The notes under the pieces were generated by a model. That model worked only from the letters and a program-made list of their open reading frames with translations, was not told the DNA's origin and searched no databases. From contig CAZYQL010000005.1 of the NCBI GenBank assembly GCA_964650055.1, forward strand, positions 1 through 52,264: DNA of 52,264 nucleotides. Reading direction: 5' to 3'. The position numbers and the translations under genes were made by a program. Of this stretch, positions 35,634 through 46,018 are shown in pieces (within the stretch, counting starts at the first letter, position 1; each line of letters starts with the position of its first letter). Source of the DNA: an uncultured Phycisphaeraceae bacterium. GTDB taxonomy: Bacteria > Planctomycetota > Phycisphaerae > Phycisphaerales > Phycisphaeraceae.

Positions 35634-36049
35634 AACTGAACATGAACCAGACTCGATACGCAATCATTGCACTTTTCGCGGCGGCGCTTGGCCTGCTCCT
35701 AGCGCAGCCGGCTAGTGCGGATGAACTTGGCGACCTCAAGGATAGCTTCAAAGCTCGCGCTGCCAAGCTGCTGGAATTGCGCGATGCGGGAACAGTCGGT
35801 GAAACATTTGATGGCTGGGCAGCGCTCGTTAAGGAAGGCGCTGACAAGGCGGTTGCCGATTTCATTTCCGCTGAGAATGCGGATCGAAAGGCACTCTACG
35901 CCCTGATCGCCGCCAAGCAATCAATCGCCGCCGACGTGGTCGCAGAGCGAAACGCCATTCGTGTGTTCAAGAGTGCTGCGCCCGATCACTATCTAAAAAC
36001 GAAGGCTGGCAAATGGGTGCAGAAGAAGAACGTGACGATTGACGATTGA
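35630..36049 (+). CDS. ydbL: YdbL-like (DUF1318) periplasmic protein
   Basis: Signal peptide. GTVGETFDGWAAL...AENADRKALYALIA...KAGKWVQK matches the YdbL/DUF1318 pattern. Confidence 0.7.
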   Translation: MKLNMNQTRYAIIALFAAALGLLLAQPASADELGDLKDSFKARAAKLLELRDAGTVGETFDGWAALVKEGADKAVADFISAENADRKALYALIAAKQSIAADVVAERNAIRVFKSAAPDHYLKTKAGKWVQKKNVTIDD

Positions 36050-36090
36050 AGGTCGTTGTCGGTGTTCCTCAAGGCAGAAAACGGGCAGGT

Positions 36091-36252
36091 ATGGACACGC
36101 TCATCGAGCAGTTCCTTACCGAGGCTAAAGCGGTCAAACCACTGGCGAACCCTGCATTCGATCTCGCAAAGTATCACCCGGAGCAGGAAGGTGTCGGCAA
36201 GATGCGTGAAAAGAGCAAGAGTAATCCTGCTCCCAAGAAGCCCTCGCAGTGA
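36091..36252 (+). CDS. hypothetical small protein (53 aa), doubtful
   Basis: ATG-initiated ORF after the ydbL-like gene with a Lys/Pro-rich tail. No motif support. Confidence 0.2.
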   Translation: MDTLIEQFLTEAKAVKPLANPAFDLAKYHPEQEGVGKMREKSKSNPAPKKPSQ

Positions 36253-36427
36253 CTTGCTCGATCACTTGCGTATCGGAGTTCCAATCACGCTCAGCTCTAC
36301 GCTCCAAAGACCTAAAAGAAAGGCAGGATCGAGCCGGTGATAGTTTACCATAAATTAAACGTCAATTCAAGAGGTAAATACAATTGAACACGGTGTTCAC
36401 CATTTGCCGATCTGGGATTGTGTTTCC

Positions 36428-37855
36428 TCAGGCCAAAAGTTCCTTCACCACGCGCGATTTTTCCACACCGGTAAGTTTCACATCCAGCCCTTGGTGCTTC
36501 ACGCTCAGCCTTTGGTGATTGATGCCCAGTTGATGGAGCATTGTCGCATGCAGATCGCGCACGTGGACTGGGTTTTCGACGGCGCTGTAGCCCAGGTCAT
36601 CCGTGTTGCCATGGGTGATGCCGCCTTTGATGCCGCCGCCTGCGAGCATCATGGAAAAACCTTTGATGTGATGATCGCGGCCATCGCCTTGTGCCATCGG
36701 CGTGCGCCCGAATTCACCGCCCCAGATGATGAGCGTGTCATCGAGCATGCCGCGCTGCTTTAGATCGCGGATGAGAGCAGCGGTGGGCTGATCGCAAAGG
36801 CCCGAGCAGACGCCCATGAACTGTTTGAGTCCGCCGTGATGATCCCAGCCACGGTGGTAGAGGTGGATGAATCGCACGCCGCGCTCAGCAAGGCGGCGAG
36901 CGAGCAGACAGTTACTCGCAAAGGTTCCATCGCCCGGCTTCTTCACGCCGTACATATCGAGAATGTGCTGCGGCTCGTCGGACATATCCGCCAGTTCAGG
37001 TACCGATGCCTGCATGCGAAAGGCCATTTCATACTGTGCGATGCGAGTGGCGATTTCGGGATTGTTCGTGCGCGCCATCTGGAGTTTATTGAGTTCGCTG
37101 GCGGTGTCGATGATGTCGCGCTGTCGCTGGGTGTCGTAGCCGCTGGGTGAGCCGACGTAATGCACGGGATCACCGGTGGCATGAAACTCAACGCCCTGGA
37201 ATTTGCTGGGCAGGAAACCTGCGCCCCACTGGCGTGCTGCGATGGGCTGCGGATTGCGTCCGCCGACGCTGGTCATCACGACGAAGCCGGGCAGGTCCTG
37301 CGTTTCAGCGCCAAGGCCATAGAGTGCCCACGCGCCCATGGAAGGGCGACCGGAAATCTGCGTGCCGGTGTTCATGAACGTGTGCGCGGGATCGTGGTTG
37401 ATCTGCTCGGTGACCATGCTGCGCACGATGGTGACGTCATCTGCAAGCTCGGCCATGTGCGGAAGAAAATCAGAGAAGACCTGCCCGCTCTTGCCGTACT
37501 TTTTGAACTTGGTCTGATGGCCATAGATCTTCAGTTCTTTGCCTTGGAGCTGGGCGATGGGCATGCCTTGCGTGAAGGATTGGGGCATCGGCTTGCCAGC
37601 CAGTTCATCGAGTTTGGGCTTGTAATCGAACGTCTCCAGGTGCGAAGGGCCACCAGACATGCAGAGGAAGATGACTCGCTTGGCCTTGGGCGCGTAGTGC
37701 AGCGGATTGACCGCGCCTTTGGATGCGGACTTTGCAATATCCGCACCGAGCAAAGCCGTGGGATCGAGCAGCGCCCCGAGCGCAGCAGCCCCGAGGCCCA
37801 CACCTGATTGGCGGAGGAACGTGCGGCGAGCAAGTAGTTGTTGTAAATCAATCAT
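36428..37855 (-). CDS. DUF1501 domain protein with Tat signal
   Basis: RRTFLRQSGVGLGAAALGALL; RVIFLCMSGGPSHLETFDYKP; VRFIHLYHRGWDHHG; GGEFGRTP...GRDHH. ATG 37855 lies 14 nt after the upstream stop. Confidence 0.85.
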   Translation of the reverse strand: MIDLQQLLARRTFLRQSGVGLGAAALGALLDPTALLGADIAKSASKGAVNPLHYAPKAKRVIFLCMSGGPSHLETFDYKPKLDELAGKPMPQSFTQGMPIAQLQGKELKIYGHQTKFKKYGKSGQVFSDFLPHMAELADDVTIVRSMVTEQINHDPAHTFMNTGTQISGRPSMGAWALYGLGAETQDLPGFVVMTSVGGRNPQPIAARQWGAGFLPSKFQGVEFHATGDPVHYVGSPSGYDTQRQRDIIDTASELNKLQMARTNNPEIATRIAQYEMAFRMQASVPELADMSDEPQHILDMYGVKKPGDGTFASNCLLARRLAERGVRFIHLYHRGWDHHGGLKQFMGVCSGLCDQPTAALIRDLKQRGMLDDTLIIWGGEFGRTPMAQGDGRDHHIKGFSMMLAGGGIKGGITHGNTDDLGYSAVENPVHVRDLHATMLHQLGINHQRLSVKHQGLDVKLTGVEKSRVVKELLA

Positions 37856-37869
37856 GGTGCATATCGCTT

Positions 37870-40437
37870 TTAGTTGCGGGTGATTGTCTCGTTCAGATTC
37901 AAGAGCGTGCGAGCAATGCTCGTCCACGCAGCAAGTTCAACTTGATCCACATCCTTGGGAGCAGGGGTGAGGCCGGTGGTGATTACCTTTGCTGCTTGAT
38001 CCGGATTGGCTTTGAAATGCTTGCGATGATTCGTAAGCAACGCTTTCATTAGCACCACTTCGCGCGGTTCCGGAAAGCGGCTCGCTACCCATCTGAAGGC
38101 GTAGTTGATCTGAGCTTCATCGCTTTTGCCGCCTTCACTGAGAATTCGCATAGCAAAAACGCGGGCGGCTTCGACGAAGGTCGGATCATTGAGCAGCACA
38201 AGTGCCTGCGTTGGCGTGTTGCTTTCAGGTCGGCCAGCGGTGCACTCTTCGCGCGTTGGCGCATCGAACGCTTTGAGCATCGGGTGCAGAAATTGCCGCT
38301 GCCAGTGCATGTACATCCCGCGCCGCCATTGCCGAGCATCGGTGTGTTGCTGATACTTGCGTGTAGGAAAATTCAGGTGGCCGTAGTAGCCAGCCGGCTG
38401 GTAAGGATTGACGCTGGGCCCGCCGATATCGTCCACCAGCAGGCCGCTGATGAAGAGGGCGTTATCGCGCACAAACTCGGCGGAGAGGCGCGGCGAAGAC
38501 TGGCGTGCATAGAGACGATTGTCCGGGTCACGCTCGCGCAGCTCGCTGGTCCACACGGAAGATTGCCGATACGCTTTGCTCATCACGATGGTCTTGATCA
38601 TCTGCTTCACATCCCAGCCGCTCTTTTCAAACTCGACTGCGAGATGATCGAGCAAGGCGGGATGCTCCGGTGGCTCGCCTTGGCCACCAAAATCGTCGAG
38701 CACACGAGCGATGCCCGTACCCATGAGGAGTTGCCAGAAGCGATTGACCTGCACTCTTGCAGTGAAACCTGATACGCCGCCTTTGGCAGCAGGCGTGACA
38801 AGCCAATTGGCCAGGTCCAGTCGATTCGCCCGGCGATCTCCCGTTTTCAGATGACCCATGAATACAGGCACAGCAGGCTGAACAATCTCGCCGGTTTCAT
38901 CGAGCCAGTTGCCACGCGGCAGGATGCGAACCACGCGCGGCTCGGCGAGCGATTTCGTGTACATCACCGATGGCGCGCTGTCTGTAATCTTGTGGTACTC
39001 ATCGACCATCGCCTTGACTGGCGCGAGCAGTGCGGAGAGATCAGCCTTGGCCTTCTCCAACTCGGCCTTGCGACCGGCAAGCTGCTTCTCAAGTTTTTCC
39101 TTGGGTGTCTCCTTCTTACTGTCCTTGTCTTTCGGTTCGTCCTTCGTGCTACTGATCTTCTTGGTCAGATCGGCAATCGCTTTGCTGTGTCCATTGATGG
39201 CGCTTTGGAGATTCTTGATCTGAGGCAGCAACGGCTCGACCTTCGGCGATATTTCGGCAAGGCGCTTCTGCTGAGCTTCGGTATAGATCGGCATCTCTGG
39301 CAGGCGGCGCGAGGGCAGCGTGTTGAGGTTGCCATACTGATTGACCAGATGTTCTTCATCTTCGACATCTGCGAAAAATGCGCCCAGGGCGTGAAAGTCT
39401 TTGTGGGAGTAGGGATCGAATTTGTGGCTGTGGCACTGGGCGCAGCCAACGGTTGCGCCCATGAAGACCTGAGATACATTGCGCACACGGTCAGCCATGT
39501 AAATGGCGCGGTATTCCTTGAGCTGCGCCCCGCCTTCGTGAGAAGTTTGAAGCAGGCGGTTGTAACAGGTGGCGACGAGCTGATCCTGTGTGGGATCGTC
39601 CAGAAGATCACCCGCAAGCTGTTCGCGTAGAAAAGCGTCGAAGCTCTTGTTCTTGTTGAACGCGCTGATGACATAATCACGATAGGGCCAACTGCGATGC
39701 GTTTGATCGCCGTGGTAGCCGACGGTGTCAGCGTAGCGCACCAGATCGAGCCACCAGACCGCCATGCGCTCGCCAAAATGCGGCGAGTTTAATAAACGAT
39801 CGACCAGCTTTTCATAAGCATTGCCTGATGTGTCTTTCAAGAACGCATCGATATCGCCTGGCGTCGGCGGTAGCCCGGCGAGATCGAATGTCACCCGGCG
39901 AATCAGCGTCACCTTTTCCGCATCGGGTGAAGGCGTAAGGCCTTGCGCCTCAAGCCGCGACAGAATGTACGCATCGATGAAATTCGCAGGCCAGTCGGCG
40001 CGCTTCACTTTCGGCAATACGCCGACTTTTGGCGGGACGTATGCCCAGGGCATTTCGTAAGTCGCGCCTTGCGTGATCCATTTCCTGAGCGTTTCCTTTT
40101 CTGCCGCTGAAAGCTTCTTGTGCGAATCGGCGGGTGGCATCAGGTCATCTGCATCTTCGGTATTGATGCGAGCGATCAGCTCGCTGGCGTCCGGCTTACC
40201 CGGCGTGATGGGCGTGGCACCCGATCGCTTCTTCTCGAAGGCAGATTCAGACTGGTCGAGGCGCAGATTGCCTTTGGCATGTGAAGCATCGGGGCCGTGA
40301 CATGCGAAACATTTGTCAGAAAGAATCGGACGCACATCGCGATTGAAATCGACGGCAGTGTCAGCCGCCGTTGCCAACGATTCAATCGATGGCAAGATGG
40401 CCAGCAAGGCGATGAGTAGGAAGCGGTGGGGTGCCAT
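37870..40437 (-). CDS. PSCyt (CxxCH) / DUF1549 / DUF1553 domain protein, secreted
   Basis: Signal peptide MAPHRFLLIALLAILP. DVRPILSDKCFACHGPD; RRVTFDLAGLPPT; CAQCHSHKFDP; C-terminal DFGGQGEPPEHPALLDHLA and PSVNPYQP blocks. Lys/Glu-rich coiled-coil insert. Confidence 0.8.
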   Translation of the reverse strand: MAPHRFLLIALLAILPSIESLATAADTAVDFNRDVRPILSDKCFACHGPDASHAKGNLRLDQSESAFEKKRSGATPITPGKPDASELIARINTEDADDLMPPADSHKKLSAAEKETLRKWITQGATYEMPWAYVPPKVGVLPKVKRADWPANFIDAYILSRLEAQGLTPSPDAEKVTLIRRVTFDLAGLPPTPGDIDAFLKDTSGNAYEKLVDRLLNSPHFGERMAVWWLDLVRYADTVGYHGDQTHRSWPYRDYVISAFNKNKSFDAFLREQLAGDLLDDPTQDQLVATCYNRLLQTSHEGGAQLKEYRAIYMADRVRNVSQVFMGATVGCAQCHSHKFDPYSHKDFHALGAFFADVEDEEHLVNQYGNLNTLPSRRLPEMPIYTEAQQKRLAEISPKVEPLLPQIKNLQSAINGHSKAIADLTKKISSTKDEPKDKDSKKETPKEKLEKQLAGRKAELEKAKADLSALLAPVKAMVDEYHKITDSAPSVMYTKSLAEPRVVRILPRGNWLDETGEIVQPAVPVFMGHLKTGDRRANRLDLANWLVTPAAKGGVSGFTARVQVNRFWQLLMGTGIARVLDDFGGQGEPPEHPALLDHLAVEFEKSGWDVKQMIKTIVMSKAYRQSSVWTSELRERDPDNRLYARQSSPRLSAEFVRDNALFISGLLVDDIGGPSVNPYQPAGYYGHLNFPTRKYQQHTDARQWRRGMYMHWQRQFLHPMLKAFDAPTREECTAGRPESNTPTQALVLLNDPTFVEAARVFAMRILSEGGKSDEAQINYAFRWVASRFPEPREVVLMKALLTNHRKHFKANPDQAAKVITTGLTPAPKDVDQVELAAWTSIARTLLNLNETITRN

Positions 40438-40537
40438 GGGGAGTGTTCTCGTCGTGATACATGCAAACACGGGCAGCGATGTGCGTACTAGTTCGCGCGG
40501 CAATCCAATCTATGTTCGTACTCATCTATCGTAGGGC

Positions 40538-41071
40538 TCATTTCTTCTGAGCATCCACATGGATCGATGTCACATTGATGACCAGCACATTGGCATCAGG
40601 GCGTGGGCCGACTTTGCCTTGCACCGTCACAACCGCATGAGGCTTGAGCTGATTGCCCGATGCGAGCGAAACCTTCAGCGGGTTGCCTGCATCATCGACA
40701 ACTTGAATCGTCGCCATCGCCTTGGCCTTTTCATCTTTGGGCACGCAGCAGTAATCCCAAGGCGTGGGGCAGGATTCGCCGTTGTCGGCGCAGGTGGGAA
40801 CGGACATGTCCACGAGCATGGCAACAGCGCGGCCATCGACGAACGGCTTTTCCGCACCACCAATCACACCGCGAAGTGTGACCAGATCACCTTCCTTGGC
40901 GTCCGCTTTAACCGCGAGGATTTCCTTGGCCCCTTCAATTTTCGCTGTGGCCCATAACGTCTTGGGCAGTTGTGCGCCGTTGCCGGGATTCTGAGCAGAA
41001 GGTGTGCCGCCACCACAGCCGGCAAGTTGAATCACGGCGAAGGAGAGAGCGATGAGGTTGAATCGATTCAT
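40538..41071 (-). CDS. hypothetical lipoprotein with Cys cluster
   Basis: Lipobox QLAGC. Cys motif C-x5-C-x7-CC (PTCADNGESCPTPWDYCCVP). GGAG upstream of the ATG. Last gene of the efflux string. Confidence 0.55.
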   Translation of the reverse strand: MNRFNLIALSFAVIQLAGCGGGTPSAQNPGNGAQLPKTLWATAKIEGAKEILAVKADAKEGDLVTLRGVIGGAEKPFVDGRAVAMLVDMSVPTCADNGESCPTPWDYCCVPKDEKAKAMATIQVVDDAGNPLKVSLASGNQLKPHAVVTVQGKVGPRPDANVLVINVTSIHVDAQKK

Positions 41072-41130
41072 GAGAAGGCTCCAATGTTGATGAAGAAACA
41101 GACAAGAGAATCAGGTAATGAACACACTAT

Positions 41131-41170
41131 AAAGATCACGAAAGATCACGAAAGATCACGAAAGATCACG
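41131..41170. repeat. perfect tandem repeat aaagatcacg x4
   Basis: Four exact 10-bp units. The last unit contains the TGA stop (41166-41168, minus strand) of the FtsX permease gene. Lies about 60 nt upstream of the lipoprotein gene start. Confidence 0.95.
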
Positions 41171-42335
41171 CAGCCTTGAGGGCCTCTGTGATAGGCAATC
41201 GTAAACAGCGAACCGCAGGAGGCAGAGCACCGATGACACCGAGCGTCATCCCGGTGAGCAGGCCGATGGCGAGGGCGATGGCATCGAGTTGCAACCCGAA
41301 CGCACCCATAGAGAATCGGATTGCCACACCATCGAGCAGCACCAGACTCGCGGCTGCGGCAATCAGCGCGCCGGCCATCGATGCCAGTGCGGCTTCCTGC
41401 ATGAAGCTGAGGATGATCGCACGGCGAGCAAACCCGAGCGATTGCAACATGCCCACTTCACGCACCCGCGCTGCAAACGCAGCATACATCGTGTTGAGCC
41501 CGCCCAGAATACCGCCCAAGGCAATGAGCGCGACCGTCACCCAGATCATCACCCGCACAGGGCGATAGAAGGCGACGAGCTTGGCGTAATACTCGCTTTC
41601 GCGCACCGCAACCAGTTCGAGATCAACACGAGAAGCGACAAATGCAGCGACATCTTCAAACTCGCCGTCGTCATCCAGCGTGAGAACAGCGCAGGAAATC
41701 GTGTCGCGCTTGGCGCTCACTTTCAGGTCATTGAGCGGCACCCAGATTTCAGCATCCATGACTGTGTTGGGCGCGGTGAATCTGCCGACGATGGTCCATT
41801 GAATATCGTCAAACCAGATGGTCTTGCCCAGGGCGAGCTGCGCATCGTCCATGCCCAGGCGAGTGGCGGCGAGCTTGCCGACGATGATCTCGTTGGCACC
41901 GGGATTCATGCTGCGGCCTTGCGTGATGCGCACCTGCGGATGCACAAGAAACGCAGGCAGATCAACGCCGCGCACGACGACTTGCGCCTTTGACTGCTCA
42001 TCTCTTGTGGTGCCAACGGTCAGGGCCATGTGGATTTCAGAGGAGATGAAGGTCTGCCCCAGCGCAGAGCGCACACCCCGCAAACTGGCGGCTGCCTGCG
42101 TCGGCACACTCGCTTTGATCTCGCTGCGCTCGATGGACTCTTCGCTGCCAGCGCCCAGAAGAATGACATTGCGATCCGAGCCGCTGTCGGCCAGACTCTT
42201 TTCCATACCGCGCACAAACGCGGTGGCGGCGATCATGAGCATCACCACCAGCATGCTGCCGACAACGCTCATCGCCAGTCGCAGCGGCGAGCGGCCGAGG
42301 TTTCGAATCGCGTAATCAAACGGAAGAATTCGCAT
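41166..42335 (-). CDS. ABC transporter permease, FtsX/MacB-type
   Basis: N-terminal TM (IRNLGRSPLRLAMSVVG), large periplasmic domain and a C-terminal 3-TM FtsX domain (REVGMLQSLGFARR). Confidence 0.75.
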   Translation of the reverse strand: MRILPFDYAIRNLGRSPLRLAMSVVGSMLVVMLMIAATAFVRGMEKSLADSGSDRNVILLGAGSEESIERSEIKASVPTQAAASLRGVRSALGQTFISSEIHMALTVGTTRDEQSKAQVVVRGVDLPAFLVHPQVRITQGRSMNPGANEIIVGKLAATRLGMDDAQLALGKTIWFDDIQWTIVGRFTAPNTVMDAEIWVPLNDLKVSAKRDTISCAVLTLDDDGEFEDVAAFVASRVDLELVAVRESEYYAKLVAFYRPVRVMIWVTVALIALGGILGGLNTMYAAFAARVREVGMLQSLGFARRAIILSFMQEAALASMAGALIAAAASLVLLDGVAIRFSMGAFGLQLDAIALAIGLLTGMTLGVIGALPPAVRCLRLPITEALKAA

Positions 42336-42362
42336 AGGTCCTTTCTTTTTTCTTTCTTCACT

Positions 42363-43514
42363 TCACACGGCACGAAAGCAATCGGCAATCGTTCGCCTCG
42401 ATGCCTGCCACGCAGGAACAAGACCCGCGGCAATGCCCAGACCAGTTGCGATGAGCAAACCTGTGGCAATCAGAGAAGCGCTGGCTTGAATGGGAATCGA
42501 CAGGCCATCAATGGAGAAGCTGTACTGGCCCCATTCGATCACCGCAAGAGCTGCGAATGTGCCTGCCGCGCCGCCGATGAATGCGATGAATAAACCCTCG
42601 GCAACAATGAGTCTGCCGATGAGCATTCCGCCGTAGCCGAGCGTTTGCAAAATGGCGTGTTCGCGAATGCGATCCTGCACGCTGAGCAAAATGGCGTTGC
42701 CAACTAGAGCGAGCACAGCAGCAAGACAACCGATGCCCAGATACTTGGCGAAGCCGATGAGATCGATCATGTCAGCAGCGGCCTGCGCGACAAATGCTTT
42801 CTCCGGGCGCGTGCTCGTAGGCTGCTCGGCAAAGCGAAACTCCGCATCGATCGCGGCGGCCACGCTTTCAAGTTGACTCGCATCGTCCACCTTCACATTA
42901 AACTGCGTCACGATGCCCAGCTTGCGGTCCACGGTCTGCTGCAAAAAATCCAGGTGGACATAAGCGACGTTTTGATCCTGCGGCTGATCCGAGCGCACGA
43001 TGCCTGCGACATAGGAGACAACTCCCGCCGCATCGAAGCGATCACCCGTGCGCAGACCGCGCCGCTTGGCCAGCGTCTCGCCGAGGATGGCCGAGTCGCT
43101 GCGATTTCGCCAATCCTCGATGGAGCCTTCGAGTACGACCACCGAAGCAGACAGTTGATCGCCGAGGCTATCGCTGGGCACGCCGCGAAACGTGACAACA
43201 TCCAGACTCGCGCGGCAGTTGTTCACAATCACCTTGATCGGCACCGCCGACTTCACGCCAGCTATCGCGCTGATCCGAGGCAGATAATGCTCAGGCAACT
43301 TGCTGGTGAACGGGCAGTAGCGATCCTCGCGATAGACGACGAGGGTGTTATCGCCAGCCGACTGCTGGGTCGCCAGGGCCACACCTTGCTGCATCGACTG
43401 CACGGCAATGAACAGAAACATCGCGGTAGCGATGCCGCCAACTGTGAGAAGCGTGCGCGCAGGGCGACGGACAATCTGTCTGAGAATCAGCGGGATATAG
43501 GTTGGTGAAATCAT
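42363..43514 (-). CDS. ABC transporter permease, FtsX/MacB-type
   Basis: Same architecture as its neighbour (LRQIVRRPARTLLTVGGIA; REHAILQTLGYGG). Confidence 0.75.
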   Translation of the reverse strand: MISPTYIPLILRQIVRRPARTLLTVGGIATAMFLFIAVQSMQQGVALATQQSAGDNTLVVYREDRYCPFTSKLPEHYLPRISAIAGVKSAVPIKVIVNNCRASLDVVTFRGVPSDSLGDQLSASVVVLEGSIEDWRNRSDSAILGETLAKRRGLRTGDRFDAAGVVSYVAGIVRSDQPQDQNVAYVHLDFLQQTVDRKLGIVTQFNVKVDDASQLESVAAAIDAEFRFAEQPTSTRPEKAFVAQAAADMIDLIGFAKYLGIGCLAAVLALVGNAILLSVQDRIREHAILQTLGYGGMLIGRLIVAEGLFIAFIGGAAGTFAALAVIEWGQYSFSIDGLSIPIQASASLIATGLLIATGLGIAAGLVPAWQASRRTIADCFRAV

Positions 43515-43556
43515 GGTTTGATCCTATTGAAGTAGCAGCATCGCAATATCATTTTT

Positions 43557-44243
43557 CTAAGCAAGGACTGTCGCCTCGGCGAGCCGTCCTTTGTCCAGAT
43601 GTAGTGTGAGGTCGGCAAACTCGGCAGTCTTGGGATCGTGCGTCACCATGATCAGCGTCTGCTTCATGTCGCGGTTGAGCGCTTGCAGCAGTTGCATGAT
43701 GGCCAGGGCGGAAGGCTTGTCGAGATCACCTGTGGGTTCATCAGCGACGATGATCTTGGGCTGCGTGACAATGGCGCGGGCAATGGCGACGCGCTGCTCC
43801 TGGCCGCCTGAGAGTTGACGCGGGTAGTGATCGTGGCGGTCAGCAAGGCCGACTTGTTCGAGTGAAGCGGACACGCGCCTGTGCCGCTCTTTTCTGGAGA
43901 GTTTGTGGAGCAGCAATGGCAACTCAATGTTCTCATACGCGGTGAGCACCGGCACCAGGTTGTAGAGCTGAAACACATAGCCGATGTGCCCGCTGCGCCA
44001 TGCGGCAAGTTTGCTGCGAGACAGCGCTCCGATGTTTTGGCCATCAATGGTGAGCGTGCCGTGCGTGGGCTGATCGATTCCCGCGATGAGGTTGAGCAGC
44101 GTCGTTTTGCCACTGCCGCTGGGCCCCATCAGCGCGAGGAATGCGCCTGCTTCCACATCGAGGTCCAAGTCGATCAGTGGCCGAATCACCGCTTGTCCTT
44201 TGCGGTATTCCTTGGTCAGATTTCGGCATTCAATCAAAGGCAT
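43557..44243 (-). CDS. ABC transporter ATP-binding protein (LolD/MacB-ATPase-like)
   Basis: Walker [10 protein letters not shown], signature LSGGQEQR, Walker [13 protein letters not shown]. Start set at the ATG giving [13 protein letters not shown]. Confidence 0.85.
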   Translation of the reverse strand: MPLIECRNLTKEYRKGQAVIRPLIDLDLDVEAGAFLALMGPSGSGKTTLLNLIAGIDQPTHGTLTIDGQNIGALSRSKLAAWRSGHIGYVFQLYNLVPVLTAYENIELPLLLHKLSRKERHRRVSASLEQVGLADRHDHYPRQLSGGQEQRVAIARAIVTQPKIIVADEPTGDLDKPSALAIMQLLQALNRDMKQTLIMVTHDPKTAEFADLTLHLDKGRLAEATVLA

Positions 44244-44301
44244 ATGTCTATCTTTCGGTTGCAGGTTTGTTGTGAAGCTTGGTGGAACTCGCGATGCAAA
44301 C

Positions 44302-45861
44302 TCACGGCCTGACGACCATCGTCTTCTCGTCGTTAGCGCGTACACGATCGCCTTCGCGCAGTCCCTCAAAATTGGTGATCAGTGCATCGTTAACCTGAAC
44401 GCCTTGGGTGATCTCGATCCAGTCTTCGATGGTGACTGAGCCGGTGGTCACATTTTTGAGTGTGGCCAAACTGTCGCTATTCATCAGCCAGACGGCGTTG
44501 CCGTCGCCCTTGGTAATGAGGAGCGAGCGCGGCACAAACGTCATGATCGAACTTGCGGCGGGATTGGCGGCAGTTGAGGTGGAAGTGCCTGGTTGCTGCG
44601 AGAAGAATTTCACCTTCGCCAGCATCTCCGGCTTGATCGCTTCGACTGGATCATCAATGGCGACTTTGACCTGAATCGTATTCTTGCCGATGTCCGCTTG
44701 ATGGACGAGTCGAGTGACGCGGCCGGTGAAGATTCGATCGGGCAGTACATCAACGACAATCTGAGCGAGCTGCCCGACACCGACTTTGGCCGCTTCGCTC
44801 AAGGGGATATCGGTGCGCACCTGAAGCTTGCGAGGGTTGTAGAGATCGACGACGTAGCTCATTTGGGCCATATCGCCGGTCGTCATCATTCTCATACCGG
44901 GCGCTGCATTGCGGAACATGACAATGCCTGGTGCCTGAGCGCGAATCTCCATGCGTGACAATTGCAGAGTGGCTTGATCAAACGCGGCCACTGCATCCAG
45001 ATGAAGCGCCTTGGCCTCTGCGAGCTCGCGTTTTTCTTCGATGCGCAGTCGCAGGGATTCTTTCGCAGCAAGCAGATCACCCTCGGCACTGATGGCTCTT
45101 GCCTGCACTTCTACTTTCTGCTTTCGTGTTGCATCCAGACTTGCTTTGGATGCGTCGAGTTGCAGGCGTGTTCGCTCCAGTTCAAATTCAGAAACGAAAC
45201 TATCGGGCAGACTCTGCATGCGATGAAGCAGGCTTTGCAGTTCAGCGGTCTTGGCTGCATCCGTGGCGATTCGTGCCTCGGCGGTTGCCAGTTCTGCCTC
45301 AATCTGAGCGATATTTGCCTGCGCGGTGGTGATGGCACGCTCGCGATCAATGGGGTGGTCCCACTGCGACTGTGCAGCGGCGAGCAGTGCCTCTCGGCGA
45401 TCCATCTCAGCCTGGGCGCGCCGAAGTGAGAGCTTGGCGTCATCATCAATCATTCTCGCGACGATCTGCTCAGCGGCGACATGCGCGCCTTCGAGAACCA
45501 ACACTTCTTTCAACACACCCTCGGCCAGCGCGGGTACTCGAATGGGAAACGGATCAGGTTCGATCCAACCCGGCGCCTGCACCACCACCGATGCGACAGT
45601 CGCAGGCGAAGTTGAAACGGGTGAAGCGGATGATGTAGTGACGTCGGCAGACCGAGGCTTGCCAATGGCGCGAATGATGGTGACCTTAGTCGAGGGCAAT
45701 AGTGCCTGCCGGCCCGAGATGGCGAGCAGCGTCAGCGACGCCAGCACGATCGCGCCGGGCACACCGATGCGCGTGAGCCAACGTCTGGACGGCATCGGAA
45801 TGTTCGTCGGCGACGCGACGCGATCAGACCGATTCAATGGTGATGGACTTGCCAAATTCAT
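44302..45861 (-). CDS. HlyD-family periplasmic adaptor (membrane fusion protein)
   Basis: N-terminal TM, long coiled-coil hairpin ([16 protein letters not shown]...[12 protein letters not shown]...) and C-terminal beta-barrel blocks. GGAG 8 nt upstream of ATG 45861. Confidence 0.7.
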   Translation of the reverse strand: MNLASPSPLNRSDRVASPTNIPMPSRRWLTRIGVPGAIVLASLTLLAISGRQALLPSTKVTIIRAIGKPRSADVTTSSASPVSTSPATVASVVVQAPGWIEPDPFPIRVPALAEGVLKEVLVLEGAHVAAEQIVARMIDDDAKLSLRRAQAEMDRREALLAAAQSQWDHPIDRERAITTAQANIAQIEAELATAEARIATDAAKTAELQSLLHRMQSLPDSFVSEFELERTRLQLDASKASLDATRKQKVEVQARAISAEGDLLAAKESLRLRIEEKRELAEAKALHLDAVAAFDQATLQLSRMEIRAQAPGIVMFRNAAPGMRMMTTGDMAQMSYVVDLYNPRKLQVRTDIPLSEAAKVGVGQLAQIVVDVLPDRIFTGRVTRLVHQADIGKNTIQVKVAIDDPVEAIKPEMLAKVKFFSQQPGTSTSTAANPAASSIMTFVPRSLLITKGDGNAVWLMNSDSLATLKNVTTGSVTIEDWIEITQGVQVNDALITNFEGLREGDRVRANDEKTMVVRP

Positions 45862-46018
45862 CGTGAACTCCGAGGGTGCGCGCCAGGCGCGCACGAGTGA
45901 TGAAGGTCACCGCATGATTAGCCAAGCACGCAGGTGCATGGCGGAGCGGTAAAACGATGTCATTGAAAACGACGGCAATCTGCTTTGTATCAGCGCAGAC
46001 CACCGCCACCAAGAAATG

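Noticed and set aside
41131-41170. Possible CRISPR array
   Set aside because: The 10-bp units are contiguous with no spacers, and there are no cas genes. It is a simple tandem repeat. No CRISPR-like repeat-spacer structure was seen anywhere in the window.
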